A stretch of DNA of 64,000 nucleotides from Gemmatimonadota bacterium (lineage in GTDB: Bacteria; 4572-55; J002), in contig RFFQ01000173.1 in NCBI GenBank assembly GCA_003697105.1, positions 1,976 through 65,975 of the forward strand, given 5' to 3'. Position 1 is the stretch's first letter, and each line of letters starts with the position of its first letter. The position numbers and the translations under genes were made by a program. The notes below the pieces were generated by a model. The model had not been told where the DNA came from. It ran no database searches and saw only the letters and a list, made by a program, of their open reading frames with translations. Of the stretch, positions 10,228-19,933 are shown one piece after another.

Positions 10228-11173
10228 ATTTTTCTACGGCATGATCCACCGGTTTTAGGGTTCGTAAATAGGCGTAGATTGCACCTAAATCGGCTTCGGT
10301 CATCCCCGCATACATTACCCACGGCATGGGGGTGTTGAACACTTCCGCGGGAAGTTGTTGGTTTTCCGGAAGTTCATATTTTTTGAACTGCTGGATAAAC
10401 TGAGCGCGCGTCCAACCCCCGATACCGGTTTTTTCATGCGGTGTAATATTTGCCCCGCGTGCAACCTGACCATTGGAGAGTGCGATCTCAAATCCACCGG
10501 CAAACTCCATCCCCGGTACCATCTGTCCTTTTTCCTGCGGGGTGTGGCAAATAATGCACCCGCCGATTGTTGCCAGATATTTGCCATACGCGATGCTGTC
10601 GGATTCCGCCGGTTTGGGCTGGAAATTTGCCGGTTGCGGTATTGTGCGCACGATCAAATTCAGCGGGAATTTGAGCTGGGAACGCGGTACCGCGTTCTCA
10701 ATCGGCTTCAATGTTTTGATGTAGGCTAAAATTGAATATAAATCTTCTTGATCCATGTGGGCATAAAGCCGGTAGGGCATGAGTGGAAAGAGTGGTTCAC
10801 CATTTTTATCAACACCCTCCGAAACCGCTCGCAACAATTCACCATCCGTCCAATCCCCGAGTGCCGCTGGGGTAATATTGGGTGCGTAGAGCCTTCCGAC
10901 TTCCGGAAAAAGCTCGCCTCCCTGACCTTCGGTTCCGGCAATCGGCGGTCCTCCATAAAAGTCCCAATTTCGCTTTGAGTGACAATCAATACAGACCGTA
11001 ACATGGTTTGCCAGATACGCTCCACGGGCGAGTCGCTCCGGGGTGATCTCGATGGTAATCTCCGCGGGTGGGCTGACTTTAGGAAACGCGGTAAACAGGA
11101 ATACCACCATACCGACAGCCCCCAAAATAGCAAGTAGGACTAAACTCCCGATCAGTTTCAGAATGAGTTTCAT
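10214..11173 (-). CDS. membrane-anchored diheme c-type cytochrome
   Basis: N-terminal transmembrane anchor and two CxxCH haem-binding motifs (CIDCH, CIICH). GAGGAG RBS 4 nt upstream. Confidence 0.8.
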   Translation of the reverse strand: MKLILKLIGSLVLLAILGAVGMVVFLFTAFPKVSPPAEITIEITPERLARGAYLANHVTVCIDCHSKRNWDFYGGPPIAGTEGQGGELFPEVGRLYAPNITPAALGDWTDGELLRAVSEGVDKNGEPLFPLMPYRLYAHMDQEDLYSILAYIKTLKPIENAVPRSQLKFPLNLIVRTIPQPANFQPKPAESDSIAYGKYLATIGGCIICHTPQEKGQMVPGMEFAGGFEIALSNGQVARGANITPHEKTGIGGWTRAQFIQQFKKYELPENQQLPAEVFNTPMPWVMYAGMTEADLGAIYAYLRTLKPVDHAVEKFEIP

Positions 11174-11388
11174 GTGTTCTCCTCACAACTGGATATGTAA
11201 AAAATGGGTTAGAGCTATTATCTATATTTGGAGCATATTCCTATTATTCCGGTATATAATTTGTTCTCAATTGATTTTATTACAGACAAAAGCCGTGTTT
11301 TTTTGATTTTGTAATCTAAGTAATATCAAGAACTTACATTTATTAAGCGAATAGCAGGATATTGTCAAGTAAAATATGACTTAACCTG

Positions 11389-11417
11389 TTGACAAAAAAT
11401 ATGCTTTCGCGTACAAT
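11389..11417 (+). promoter_or_regulatory. sigma70-type promoter: TTGACA, 17 nt spacer, TACAAT
   Basis: Exact -35 consensus at 11389-11394, 17-nt spacer, and near-consensus -10 at 11412-11417. Lies about 165 nt upstream of the ATG at 11582 (AGGAGG RBS at 11567-11572). Confidence 0.6.
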
Positions 11418-11581
11418 GCAAAATTACCCAATACCTTTATGGGTTCTTCGGTAATTTTGGTAGGAGCGGGTTACGCCACGGGTAATTGGTTCGGTTGTGA
11501 AAATATCCCCCGTGTTTTCAGGTACATTCCCCAAAATATCAGGAGAGCTACTGTATCCACATATCATTAGGAGGTCAAGTC

Positions 11582-14500
11582 ATGCAAAATTATAGACATG
11601 GTATTGAACTACTTGTCTGGGTGCTGGTCGTGTTTAGTTCCACTGCATTTGCCCAGATTCCAGATGGAGCAGTACTTTGGCTTGATGCCAACGTCGGGGT
11701 GACTGAAGTCAGCGGTTTGGTTCGTCTTTGGGAAGACCAATCGGGGCAAAATAATGATGCGTATCAAAACACCAGCGGTAATCGTCCCATTCAAGTGGAT
11801 AACGCCCTTAACGGATTCCCCATCATCCGGTTTGATGGAGATGATGATTTTCTACAAGTAGATGATCAGAGTAGCTTGAATCCCGATCAATTGACTCTGT
11901 TTGTCGTCGGGAAGTACCGTGACGGCGTCTCCAATACGTTTGTAAACAAATCGACCAGTTCTTTGCGGACGGATGGCTATGGGATGGTTCAGGTGGAAGT
12001 AGATCAAGTGGCAGAAGTGGGACTTTATGTGGATAATGTAGTTCGTATTGCCAATGGTCCTGTGGTCAGTGATACTTATACCATTATGAGCGGGCGTTAC
12101 AATGAAAGTTCTATTGATTTTTATACTAATGGGTCTTTGCAGGAGAGCTATCTGTTTAGCAATTCGATTTCGCATTCCAGTAAAGAACTCCGGATCGGGG
12201 CAGCACGAGTTTCGAGCCTGAACAGCAACCCTACCCTCGCTTTGGAGGGCGATATTGCCGAAATTATCCTTTATCCGAGTGCCTTGGATGACTCAGACCG
12301 GTATGCGGTAGAGAGTTATCTTGGCACAAAATACGGTATTCCGGTAGCCGAATACGCCCCCGAAATTGTTGTCGATCCGTCAGAACTGGACTTTAATTTT
12401 ACCCTCCAAAATACCTCCTACAGTGTAACATTGACGGTTGAAAACGAGGGGAGTGCTCCCCTGATCGTTTCGGATATTACCGCTTCGGATGATGCGTTTG
12501 TTCCGGCAGAAACGGCGTTTACAGTGGCGCCATTCTCAACCCATGATGTCATTGTAACGTTCACCCCTACGCATCTAACCTCCTACACCGCCGATCTGAC
12601 CGTTTTGAGTGATGATTATGATGAGCCTGAGAAGATTGTGCCCATGACTGGGGTTGGATTCGATATTCCACGTGGCATGAATCTCTGGTTGCGTGCGGAT
12701 CGGGGTATCGTCGGTTCTACCAGTGATCTAAATTATCTCGTGCAGGAATGGCAGGATCAGTCTGGGCATGGTCATCATGCTACCCAATCTGCTATTATCA
12801 ATCGCCCATTTTGGCGAGAAAATGTGATTGAACTCAACTGGCAAGCATCGCTCTACTGGGATTTAGAGTACAATCCACTGGGGCAGTTTCTACGCATTGC
12901 ACACGATGCCGAGTTAGAACCCTCAACGATCACCCTTTTTGTGGTCGCCTCCATCCACACGGATTGGACGACCTGGGGTACGTTGATCACAAAAACACCC
13001 CATGAATATGCCCAAACGGGATATGCGCTTCAGCAAAATGGGGCATTTGACCAACTCAATTTCTGGATCAATCCCTATGCGGCAACCGGCTCCGGGGTTA
13101 CCAGCAATTTTTCATCCGGGGATGAAAATATTTTTATGGGGCGCTACACCCCCGGTGATTTGAGCATCTTTCGGGATGGACGACGTCAAGACCAAAGCAC
13201 CTATGCAGATGGTATTATTTATGAAGGAAATGTTGATGTCCTTATCGGGGCAGAGACCACCGAAAGCGGGGAGAGCACAACCAATTTTTATGATGGCTAT
13301 ATTGCCGAAATTTTGCTTTATCCATCTGCCCTTAGCCGGGAGGAACGGCTCGAGGTAGAAGACTATCTAAGTGCTAAATACGGTATTACCCTCGATTATG
13401 ATGGCGCCGTGATTGCCACCACCCCGACCTCCCTTGATTTTGGGGCGATCTGCCTCGATACTCCCCAAACGAGTGACCTCCGTATCATCAATGCCGGGGA
13501 TCAGGATTTAGTTGTTACGGATATTACCCGCGATAATGACGCCTTTACCATCAGTGAAACGGCATTTACCGTGCCGTTTGGTAGCTCGCACGACATCCAA
13601 GTCACATTCACCCCAACCGCCGCAGAGAGTTACAGTGGTACCCTGACTATCATCAGTAATGCGGCTAATAATGATGCGTTGCAAGTGCCGGTAAACGGAA
13701 CCGGCTTGAGCGAGGATGCCGCCGGGCATTCGCTCCATTTTGACGGTATGGATGATGTGGTGATCGTCAATGATACGCTGGGGCTGAATCTGACCTATGC
13801 CGCCCTCACGGTGGAAGCGTGGGTCTATTTGGATCGGTTGCCAGAGAATTACGCCACCGTCATCAATCAATATGATGATCAGGGGAATGCCACCTTCTGG
13901 CTGGGAGTGAATTCCGCCGGTAATGTGGAATTTTGGGTCTATGGCACAACCGATGCCCACCGGGTAAGTTCGGTTGCGCTAGAAGCCAATCGATGGTATC
14001 ACATTGCCGGAACTTTTGGCAGTTTGGTGGATTTGCATGTCTATATCGATGCGATCCGACAGGATGGAACGCTGGAAGGTACTATTCCGTACTATCTGGA
14101 CGTGGTGGATCAGGATATTTGGATCGGTAATGAAGATAGCGGCGAGGAGCATGGTTTCAGTGGCAATATCGACCTGCCGCGTATCTGGTACGAACAGCGC
14201 AACCCGGCGGAACTTTTGCGCACGGTCAATTGGGAAACCATCCCGGATAGCCTCAGCACGCAACTTATTGCCTCATGGAATTTTAATGAAGGCAGTGGCG
14301 ACCTCGCGGCAGATGACCGGAATCCGGCGTATGACGGGCACATTGAGGGGGCAAGCTGGCATTGTCCCGGAGCGCCGCTCAATATCAGTTATGATGCCAT
14401 CATCTCTGCCTCGCGGGATTCGGTGGATTTCAGCGAAGTGGCAGTAGGTACCCTCGGTTTGGATAACGCGGATACCCTCTGGATTTACAATTCTGGTACA

Positions 14501-15925
14501 GATGACCTGGTTGTTTCTGATATTAGCTCATCGATTCCGGGGGTGTTCATTGCTGCCCCACAAAATTTCACCGTAGCTCCCGGTGAAAGGCAGTTGTTGA
14601 CACTCACATTTTACCCCATCGCCGAGCACGAATACAACGCCCAATTGTGGTTTTTCAGTAATGATCCCGATTTTGATCGGAATCCACTGGTAGTCAAGGT
14701 GCATGGGGTGGGTATTCCTGACCCCGACCCGTATTGCCTCATGTTTGATGGCACAGATGACTATGTTTCCATCCCGCATGATCCGAGTCTGGACTTTACC
14801 GGACAGATGACCGCTGAATTTTGGATGTGGATCGATGCGTATCCGGTTGAAAATCAGTATCTTCTTGCCAAAACCCATGAAGCGGGTGACGCCAGTGACC
14901 CGGACCAGCCCTTCCAAATTTATGTTGATGCTACCGGATATTTGAATTTTGCGCGCGGTACCGGTTCACAATTGCTCACGGTGACCTCCACCCGAAGAAT
15001 CCCCCTAGAGTTGTGGACGCATGTGGCATGTGTTTACAATGATTCTGCCCTGGTGATCTACCTCAACGGGGTGCGAGACGCCACGCAAGATGCTCCCGAT
15101 CAAACATTCAGCACAAGTGATGGTCTTTTGTGCTTCGGGGCGGCAAAATTGGAAAATAGTATCCACGGCAATTTCAGCGGAAAATTGGATGATGTGCGCC
15201 TCTGGCAGCGGGGGTTACGCGCGGTGGAAATCGAAACTTACAAAAATACAACACTCACCATTGATTTGAGTGAGCTAGGCTTGGTTTCCGCCTGGAATTT
15301 TGAAGAAAGTAGTGGGCAAACTATTGGGGATACGCAAGGTAATAATGATGGTTACCGGGGCGAAAATGCGAGCGTGTCAGGTGACGATGCCGACCCGGCG
15401 TGGACAACACCCGGATTTATTGCGTTCGCTGAGATTGCGTCTGACCCCACCAGTTTCGACTTCGGGCAAGTCTATGTCGGGAGTTCCGTTACACAAACCT
15501 TGACGATTCATAATTTGGGGAATGAGTGGCTCACCGGTACCGCTTCCGTGGTCGATCCGTTTACCCTGAATAATCTGAATAACTTTGGGGTGGCGGTGGT
15601 CTGGTTGGGCACACAAGAGATCAGCGTGACCTTTGCTCCTTCTACCGTTGGTCTCGTTGAGGATTTTGTGTATATTTCCACGAATGATGAGGACGAAAGT
15701 TTGCTGAGTCTGCCCATCCGGGGTGAGGGTATTTCGGCGCGACCCTGTGGTTATGATCTGAATTGCGATGGTGTGATCGATATTATTGATGTGGAAATGG
15801 TCTCGCACAAGGTGGGATCGATGGCACCGGAGGATTTAATCCGTCTCGATGTAGTGGTGGATGGTGTGATCGATGAAAAGGATGTCGATTTCATCAACCA
15901 ACAGTGGGATCCGGCGACAGAGTAA
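11582..15925 (+). CDS. large secreted surface protein with four modules of LamG/concanavalin-like domain plus Ig-like choice-of-anchor-D-like domain, and a C-terminal type-I dockerin
   Basis: Signal peptide. Four LamG-like segments separated by Ig-like segments (LVVSDI/LVVTDI motifs), with internal protein repeats such as EIILYPSALDD... and EILLYPSALSR.... C-terminal duplicated Ca-binding loops (DLNCDGVIDIIDV, DVVVDGVIDEKDV). Confidence 0.75.
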   Translation: MQNYRHGIELLVWVLVVFSSTAFAQIPDGAVLWLDANVGVTEVSGLVRLWEDQSGQNNDAYQNTSGNRPIQVDNALNGFPIIRFDGDDDFLQVDDQSSLNPDQLTLFVVGKYRDGVSNTFVNKSTSSLRTDGYGMVQVEVDQVAEVGLYVDNVVRIANGPVVSDTYTIMSGRYNESSIDFYTNGSLQESYLFSNSISHSSKELRIGAARVSSLNSNPTLALEGDIAEIILYPSALDDSDRYAVESYLGTKYGIPVAEYAPEIVVDPSELDFNFTLQNTSYSVTLTVENEGSAPLIVSDITASDDAFVPAETAFTVAPFSTHDVIVTFTPTHLTSYTADLTVLSDDYDEPEKIVPMTGVGFDIPRGMNLWLRADRGIVGSTSDLNYLVQEWQDQSGHGHHATQSAIINRPFWRENVIELNWQASLYWDLEYNPLGQFLRIAHDAELEPSTITLFVVASIHTDWTTWGTLITKTPHEYAQTGYALQQNGAFDQLNFWINPYAATGSGVTSNFSSGDENIFMGRYTPGDLSIFRDGRRQDQSTYADGIIYEGNVDVLIGAETTESGESTTNFYDGYIAEILLYPSALSREERLEVEDYLSAKYGITLDYDGAVIATTPTSLDFGAICLDTPQTSDLRIINAGDQDLVVTDITRDNDAFTISETAFTVPFGSSHDIQVTFTPTAAESYSGTLTIISNAANNDALQVPVNGTGLSEDAAGHSLHFDGMDDVVIVNDTLGLNLTYAALTVEAWVYLDRLPENYATVINQYDDQGNATFWLGVNSAGNVEFWVYGTTDAHRVSSVALEANRWYHIAGTFGSLVDLHVYIDAIRQDGTLEGTIPYYLDVVDQDIWIGNEDSGEEHGFSGNIDLPRIWYEQRNPAELLRTVNWETIPDSLSTQLIASWNFNEGSGDLAADDRNPAYDGHIEGASWHCPGAPLNISYDAIISASRDSVDFSEVAVGTLGLDNADTLWIYNSGTDDLVVSDISSSIPGVFIAAPQNFTVAPGERQLLTLTFYPIAEHEYNAQLWFFSNDPDFDRNPLVVKVHGVGIPDPDPYCLMFDGTDDYVSIPHDPSLDFTGQMTAEFWMWIDAYPVENQYLLAKTHEAGDASDPDQPFQIYVDATGYLNFARGTGSQLLTVTSTRRIPLELWTHVACVYNDSALVIYLNGVRDATQDAPDQTFSTSDGLLCFGAAKLENSIHGNFSGKLDDVRLWQRGLRAVEIETYKNTTLTIDLSELGLVSAWNFEESSGQTIGDTQGNNDGYRGENASVSGDDADPAWTTPGFIAFAEIASDPTSFDFGQVYVGSSVTQTLTIHNLGNEWLTGTASVVDPFTLNNLNNFGVAVVWLGTQEISVTFAPSTVGLVEDFVYISTNDEDESLLSLPIRGEGISARPCGYDLNCDGVIDIIDVEMVSHKVGSMAPEDLIRLDVVVDGVIDEKDVDFINQQWDPATE

Positions 15926-15963
15926 GCGGTGTGCCGTAATCATTCGATCTATCAACACAAAAA

Positions 15964-15995
15964 AGCCCTGAACATATAATGTCCAGGGCTTTTTT
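15964..15995. terminator. bidirectional rho-independent terminator
   Basis: 7-bp GC stem (agccctg / cagggct) flanked by an A-run on one side and a T-run on the other. Serves the + strand gene ending at 15925 and the minus-strand tRNA / accD unit. Confidence 0.7.
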
Positions 15996-15997
15996 GA

Positions 15998-16073
15998 TGG
16001 CGTCCCCAGGGGGATTCGAACCCCCGTTACCGCCGTGAAAGGGCGGTGTCCTAGGCCCCTAGACGATGGGGAC
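15998..16073 (-). tRNA. tRNA-Glu (anticodon UUC), CCA encoded
   Basis: Reverse complement reads GTCCCCATCGTCTAGGGGCCTAGGACACCGCCCTTTCACGGCGGTAACGGGGGTTCGAATCCCCCTGGGGACGCCA. Cloverleaf with anticodon loop CTTTCAC, very close to the E. coli tRNA-Glu. Confidence 0.9.
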
Positions 16074-16089
16074 GCACCTAAAATACATA

Positions 16090-16938
16090 TTAGTTAAAGA
16101 ACGCTAAAATCGTTGATAGTCGGGACTTTAATTCGTTCCGGGGAACGATCATATCAATCATACCGTGATCCAGGAAAAATTCCGAGCTTTGAAATCCTTC
16201 TGGTAAATCCTCACCGATGGTTTGTTTAATCACCCGTGGTCCCGCAAATCCAAGCAATGCTCCGGGCTCCGCAATGATGATGTCTCCTAAGGAAGCAAAG
16301 CTTGCCATCACACCTGCGGTAGTGGGATTGGTCAGTATCGAGATATACGGTACTTTCGCGTGATCTAACTTACTTAACCACGCACTGGTTTTTGCCATTT
16401 GCATTAACGAGAGAACACTCTCTTGCATTCGCGCTCCACCGGAAGCGGAAACGATAATCAATGGCGTTTTGCTGTTATAGGCACGCTTTATTGCGCGGGT
16501 AATGGTTTCACCCACTACCGAACCCATACTCCCACCGATAAAGGCAAAATCTAAAATGGCAAAGACCACCGGTAAACCATTTATGGTCCCGTCTCCAGAA
16601 ATAATCGCATCTTTCGATCCGGTTTTTTCTTGATATTGTTTCAAACGGACGGGATACGGTTTAGAATCTACAAACGAAAGGGGATCCGTTGGTGCCAGGT
16701 TCTGATCATGCAAGGTTAATTTCCCATCATCTAGCAGAATTTTGATGTACTGCTTAGACGAGATACGGAAATGATGCCCGCATTTGGGGCAAAGGTGCAA
16801 GTGCTCCTGAAGCACCTCATTAAAAACCGTCTCTCCGCAACCATCGCATTTTGTCCAAAGACCTTTCGGTACCGATTTCCTCGGTGGTGTTTTCGCTCCC
16901 TCAGCCGGCTTCTTTTTCTTTTTGCCGAACCACATCAT
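16090..16938 (-). CDS. accD: acetyl-CoA carboxylase carboxyltransferase beta subunit
   Basis: N-terminal Zn ribbon (CDGCGETVF ... CPKCGHHF) and the carboxyltransferase domain. Confidence 0.9.
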   Translation of the reverse strand: MMWFGKKKKKPAEGAKTPPRKSVPKGLWTKCDGCGETVFNEVLQEHLHLCPKCGHHFRISSKQYIKILLDDGKLTLHDQNLAPTDPLSFVDSKPYPVRLKQYQEKTGSKDAIISGDGTINGLPVVFAILDFAFIGGSMGSVVGETITRAIKRAYNSKTPLIIVSASGGARMQESVLSLMQMAKTSAWLSKLDHAKVPYISILTNPTTAGVMASFASLGDIIIAEPGALLGFAGPRVIKQTIGEDLPEGFQSSEFFLDHGMIDMIVPRNELKSRLSTILAFFN

Positions 16939-17004
16939 TCCATAACCCTTTCATCATGAGGGCACAATTTATACGGCATTTGTACCGGTTTGTCAACAAA
17001 AAAA

Positions 17005-17829
17005 TCAGCCGTTTGTCATAAATTGTATCAAAAGCTGTGATAATTTTTCGCTGGCTTGGTTGGCTACGGTAATGACCTCTGTATGGGTGGTTTCCCCAAC
17101 ATGCCCGACTGCCACATTTGTAATGCACGAAATACCGATAACATCCAGCCCAAGTGCTTTGGCAAACATCCACTCCGGCACCGTTGACATCGATACGGCA
17201 TCCGCAAATTGGCGTAGCATTTCGATTTCCATCGGGGATTCATAATTGGGACCGTATGCCCAAGCAAAAACGCCCCGTTGTAATCGCAGACCTGCCTCCT
17301 GTGCCGCTTGTTCGATCTGACGGATTCGTTGGGGAGAGGTCATCTCTCGAATTGAGGGGCGTTGGGGGTGGACTTTCTGAAAATCTCGTAGGGGATCGGT
17401 AAAAGTGAAGTTGATCACATCGGTGATGAGCATTAAATCCGCTGGACGGAAATGGCGATTTAGCCCGCCCGATGCGGTCGTTAATATCAAGGTTTGAACC
17501 CCCAGTAGGTGGAGCACAGCGACCGGAAAGACCACCTGCCTCAACGGATAACCCTCGTAAACATGAAAACGACCTTGCATCACGACAACGGATTGACCGG
17601 CGATTGTGCCAAGGGTCAATTTGCCGGAATGCCCTTTAACGGTAGAAACCGGAAAATGAGGAATCTCCGCATAGGAAATTTGTTGGTGGATGTGGATTCG
17701 ATCGACAAACGCCCCTAAACCGGAACCAAGAACGATACCAAATGTGGGCGTACCTGCATCTTGGGTCTTTACATACGCCGCGGCTTCCTGTGCGGCTTCA
17801 AATATGGGATCCGTTTTAGCGATTATCAT
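17005..17829 (-). CDS. purine nucleoside phosphorylase, trimeric PNP / MTAP family
   Basis: PNP_UDP_1 fold with phosphate-binding GSGLG and motifs GR.H.YEG and TASGGL. Confidence 0.8.
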   Translation of the reverse strand: MIIAKTDPIFEAAQEAAAYVKTQDAGTPTFGIVLGSGLGAFVDRIHIHQQISYAEIPHFPVSTVKGHSGKLTLGTIAGQSVVVMQGRFHVYEGYPLRQVVFPVAVLHLLGVQTLILTTASGGLNRHFRPADLMLITDVINFTFTDPLRDFQKVHPQRPSIREMTSPQRIRQIEQAAQEAGLRLQRGVFAWAYGPNYESPMEIEMLRQFADAVSMSTVPEWMFAKALGLDVIGISCITNVAVGHVGETTHTEVITVANQASEKLSQLLIQFMTNG

Positions 17830-19307
17830 GGGACATATACCGAAACAGAAATAGGATTTAAAAAGAAAGATTCCGGCGTCACTGCCGTCATCAGACCCGT
17901 GTTACTAAAGTGAAATAACCGGTAGGAGTGGCGATCCACCACCCAACATCCGCCGTTAGTGGGATCGCTGGCAAGGGATGCGGGTCGGACTAAATCTAAG
18001 CCACCACCCCCACTAAACGCAAGTGTTAACTCTCCGTTTTCCGAAAATTTGAGGAGTTGAGCACTTCCAAACGGGGTTTCTTCACTAATCCAACACTCAC
18101 TGGACTGGGGGTCCACACTCAGGGCAAACGGTCGATGAAATTCCGTCCCGCTGAATACCTCTGGGAAACGATGCCAACCTGTCCCAGTTAAACGGGTGGA
18201 AATATCCGTGCCATTTGAGATGGTGGGTTGTAATACGATTACCGATCCGGGAAATTGATCCGTGGCGGATTCCGCTTGGTAGGCATCGGCAACCCAACAG
18301 ATACCGGTCACCGGATTAATTGCAAGTGCTACGGGGGCGGTAAACCCCTCAATGACGGCTTCTAGTGCGACTGATTCCGGGGTCGGTGATACCAACCGGA
18401 AAAGCATTCCCGTTTCGGCATCGACAACCCAGCAGTTCCCTCGTTGGGGGTCCACCTGAATCGCTGAAATATGCTGAAAACGATCATCTTCAAAGCGCAC
18501 ATGATGTGCCCCACTGGTAGAGCTTACGTCGTAATTTGCCGGAATTTGATCGGTCTGAAACAGTTTAACCACCATTTGCCGCTCCTGATCCACAACCCAA
18601 CATTCATGGTGCGGGTGATTGGCGGTGATTTGCACAATCGATCCGGACCAACCGGTGATGCGCCGCAAAATTGTACCTCCGGCACTCAGGTAGTAGAGTT
18701 GGTCTTCATCCACTACCCAGCAATTACCACTCGTTGGATCGGCATCCACAAGGGTGGGCGACGTTAATGGGATGCTGTGAATCGTCACAAAACGGTCTTC
18801 CGGATCGGTGATAGCCGGGTTGTAGAGCATTTGGTATATACGGGGGCGCTGGCGGTTGCGATCTGTGACCCAACCATAAACCAGTTCCTCCGGTAACTCC
18901 CCAAATTGCGCGGTGGAAGGTTTGCTCTGGAGACCAAAATCATTGATGGCAATAATCTGGTAAGAGTAGCGTTGACCCGCGATGACGGTTGTATCCACAT
19001 AAGTGCGCGTTTGGGTGATGTCCACTTCGGGCGAATCGAGACCGAGGGTGGCGATAACCTCAGAGGGATGATCTCCCATTTCTGAACGCCGTACCTGATA
19101 TTGAACGGCATTCAAAACCGCACCCCACCGGATTAGCAGGTGACCGCCGTAAGGCTCAATCGAGGAAATTACCGGTGTTGCCAACGCTTGGCTTGCCGTA
19201 TTCGGATTTTCAGGGTCCGCCGGATTACTGTGCTCTAAGGAACAGCCGATCAGTAGAACGAGACATCCATACCCAATTAAATATTTCAATCCAAATATGT
19301 CTTTCAT
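17826..19307 (-). CDS. lipoprotein with an FN3-like domain followed by a six-bladed beta-propeller
   Basis: Lipobox (LLIGC). Six spaced repeats of DP..G.CWVVD after an FN3-like N-terminal domain. 4-nt overlap with the downstream PNP gene. Confidence 0.55.
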   Translation of the reverse strand: MKDIFGLKYLIGYGCLVLLIGCSLEHSNPADPENPNTASQALATPVISSIEPYGGHLLIRWGAVLNAVQYQVRRSEMGDHPSEVIATLGLDSPEVDITQTRTYVDTTVIAGQRYSYQIIAINDFGLQSKPSTAQFGELPEELVYGWVTDRNRQRPRIYQMLYNPAITDPEDRFVTIHSIPLTSPTLVDADPTSGNCWVVDEDQLYYLSAGGTILRRITGWSGSIVQITANHPHHECWVVDQERQMVVKLFQTDQIPANYDVSSTSGAHHVRFEDDRFQHISAIQVDPQRGNCWVVDAETGMLFRLVSPTPESVALEAVIEGFTAPVALAINPVTGICWVADAYQAESATDQFPGSVIVLQPTISNGTDISTRLTGTGWHRFPEVFSGTEFHRPFALSVDPQSSECWISEETPFGSAQLLKFSENGELTLAFSGGGGLDLVRPASLASDPTNGGCWVVDRHSYRLFHFSNTGLMTAVTPESFFLNPISVSVYVP

Positions 19308-19933
19308 GGAGAAACCGTGACCGAAACTTCGACCGCTCGCGGTTGAAGTTGAAACTGAAGTTTACCCGTTGCCGGGTCTAATGCCTGATTGACCAACGTT
19401 TCAAACAACGCTTGATTGAGCTGACGAGCACTCCGTTGGGCATCATATATATTGTAAAGCCAAAGTATCGCGGCGCCGATCCAGAGTCCCTGAGAGATGT
19501 AGTAGTTGGTTTGTGCCTGATCGTATTGTTGTTGGATGTCATTCAAGGTGCGGGCGGTTTTGTAATTCGTATAGTGGGTTTGGGCATGGTGGTAAAAGAG
19601 TAGTGCCGAACCCAGTGCCAGCGTTTCTACACCCCCAAAAAGCCATCCTTTACGAGTCTGTCCCAACCGAAAATGCCCCAACCCGGGATACACCATTGCC
19701 CGGCGCCTAACTTGTTTGATCGAAATTTGTTGCTGTTGATAGTGTGCCAGCACCGTATCCATCACTCGCACTTGATCCCGGTCGATCTGGCGTTCGCTCT
19801 TTGTTTGCCAACCATATTGTTGAATATCCAGAATGGATTCTACCGGTTGGGCGTGGCTGTTTCCCCTGAGAAGTAGGAACAGACCACTAAGAACTAGCAC
19901 GTTATTGATACGTAATTTTTTCCGTAATTTCAT
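19304..19933 (-). CDS. DUF5683-like membrane protein
   Basis: Signal peptide and a PGLGH/Q motif, followed by hydrophobic segments characteristic of DUF5683 in FCB bacteria. Confidence 0.4.
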   Translation of the reverse strand: MKLRKKLRINNVLVLSGLFLLLRGNSHAQPVESILDIQQYGWQTKSERQIDRDQVRVMDTVLAHYQQQQISIKQVRRRAMVYPGLGHFRLGQTRKGWLFGGVETLALGSALLFYHHAQTHYTNYKTARTLNDIQQQYDQAQTNYYISQGLWIGAAILWLYNIYDAQRSARQLNQALFETLVNQALDPATGKLQFQLQPRAVEVSVTVSP

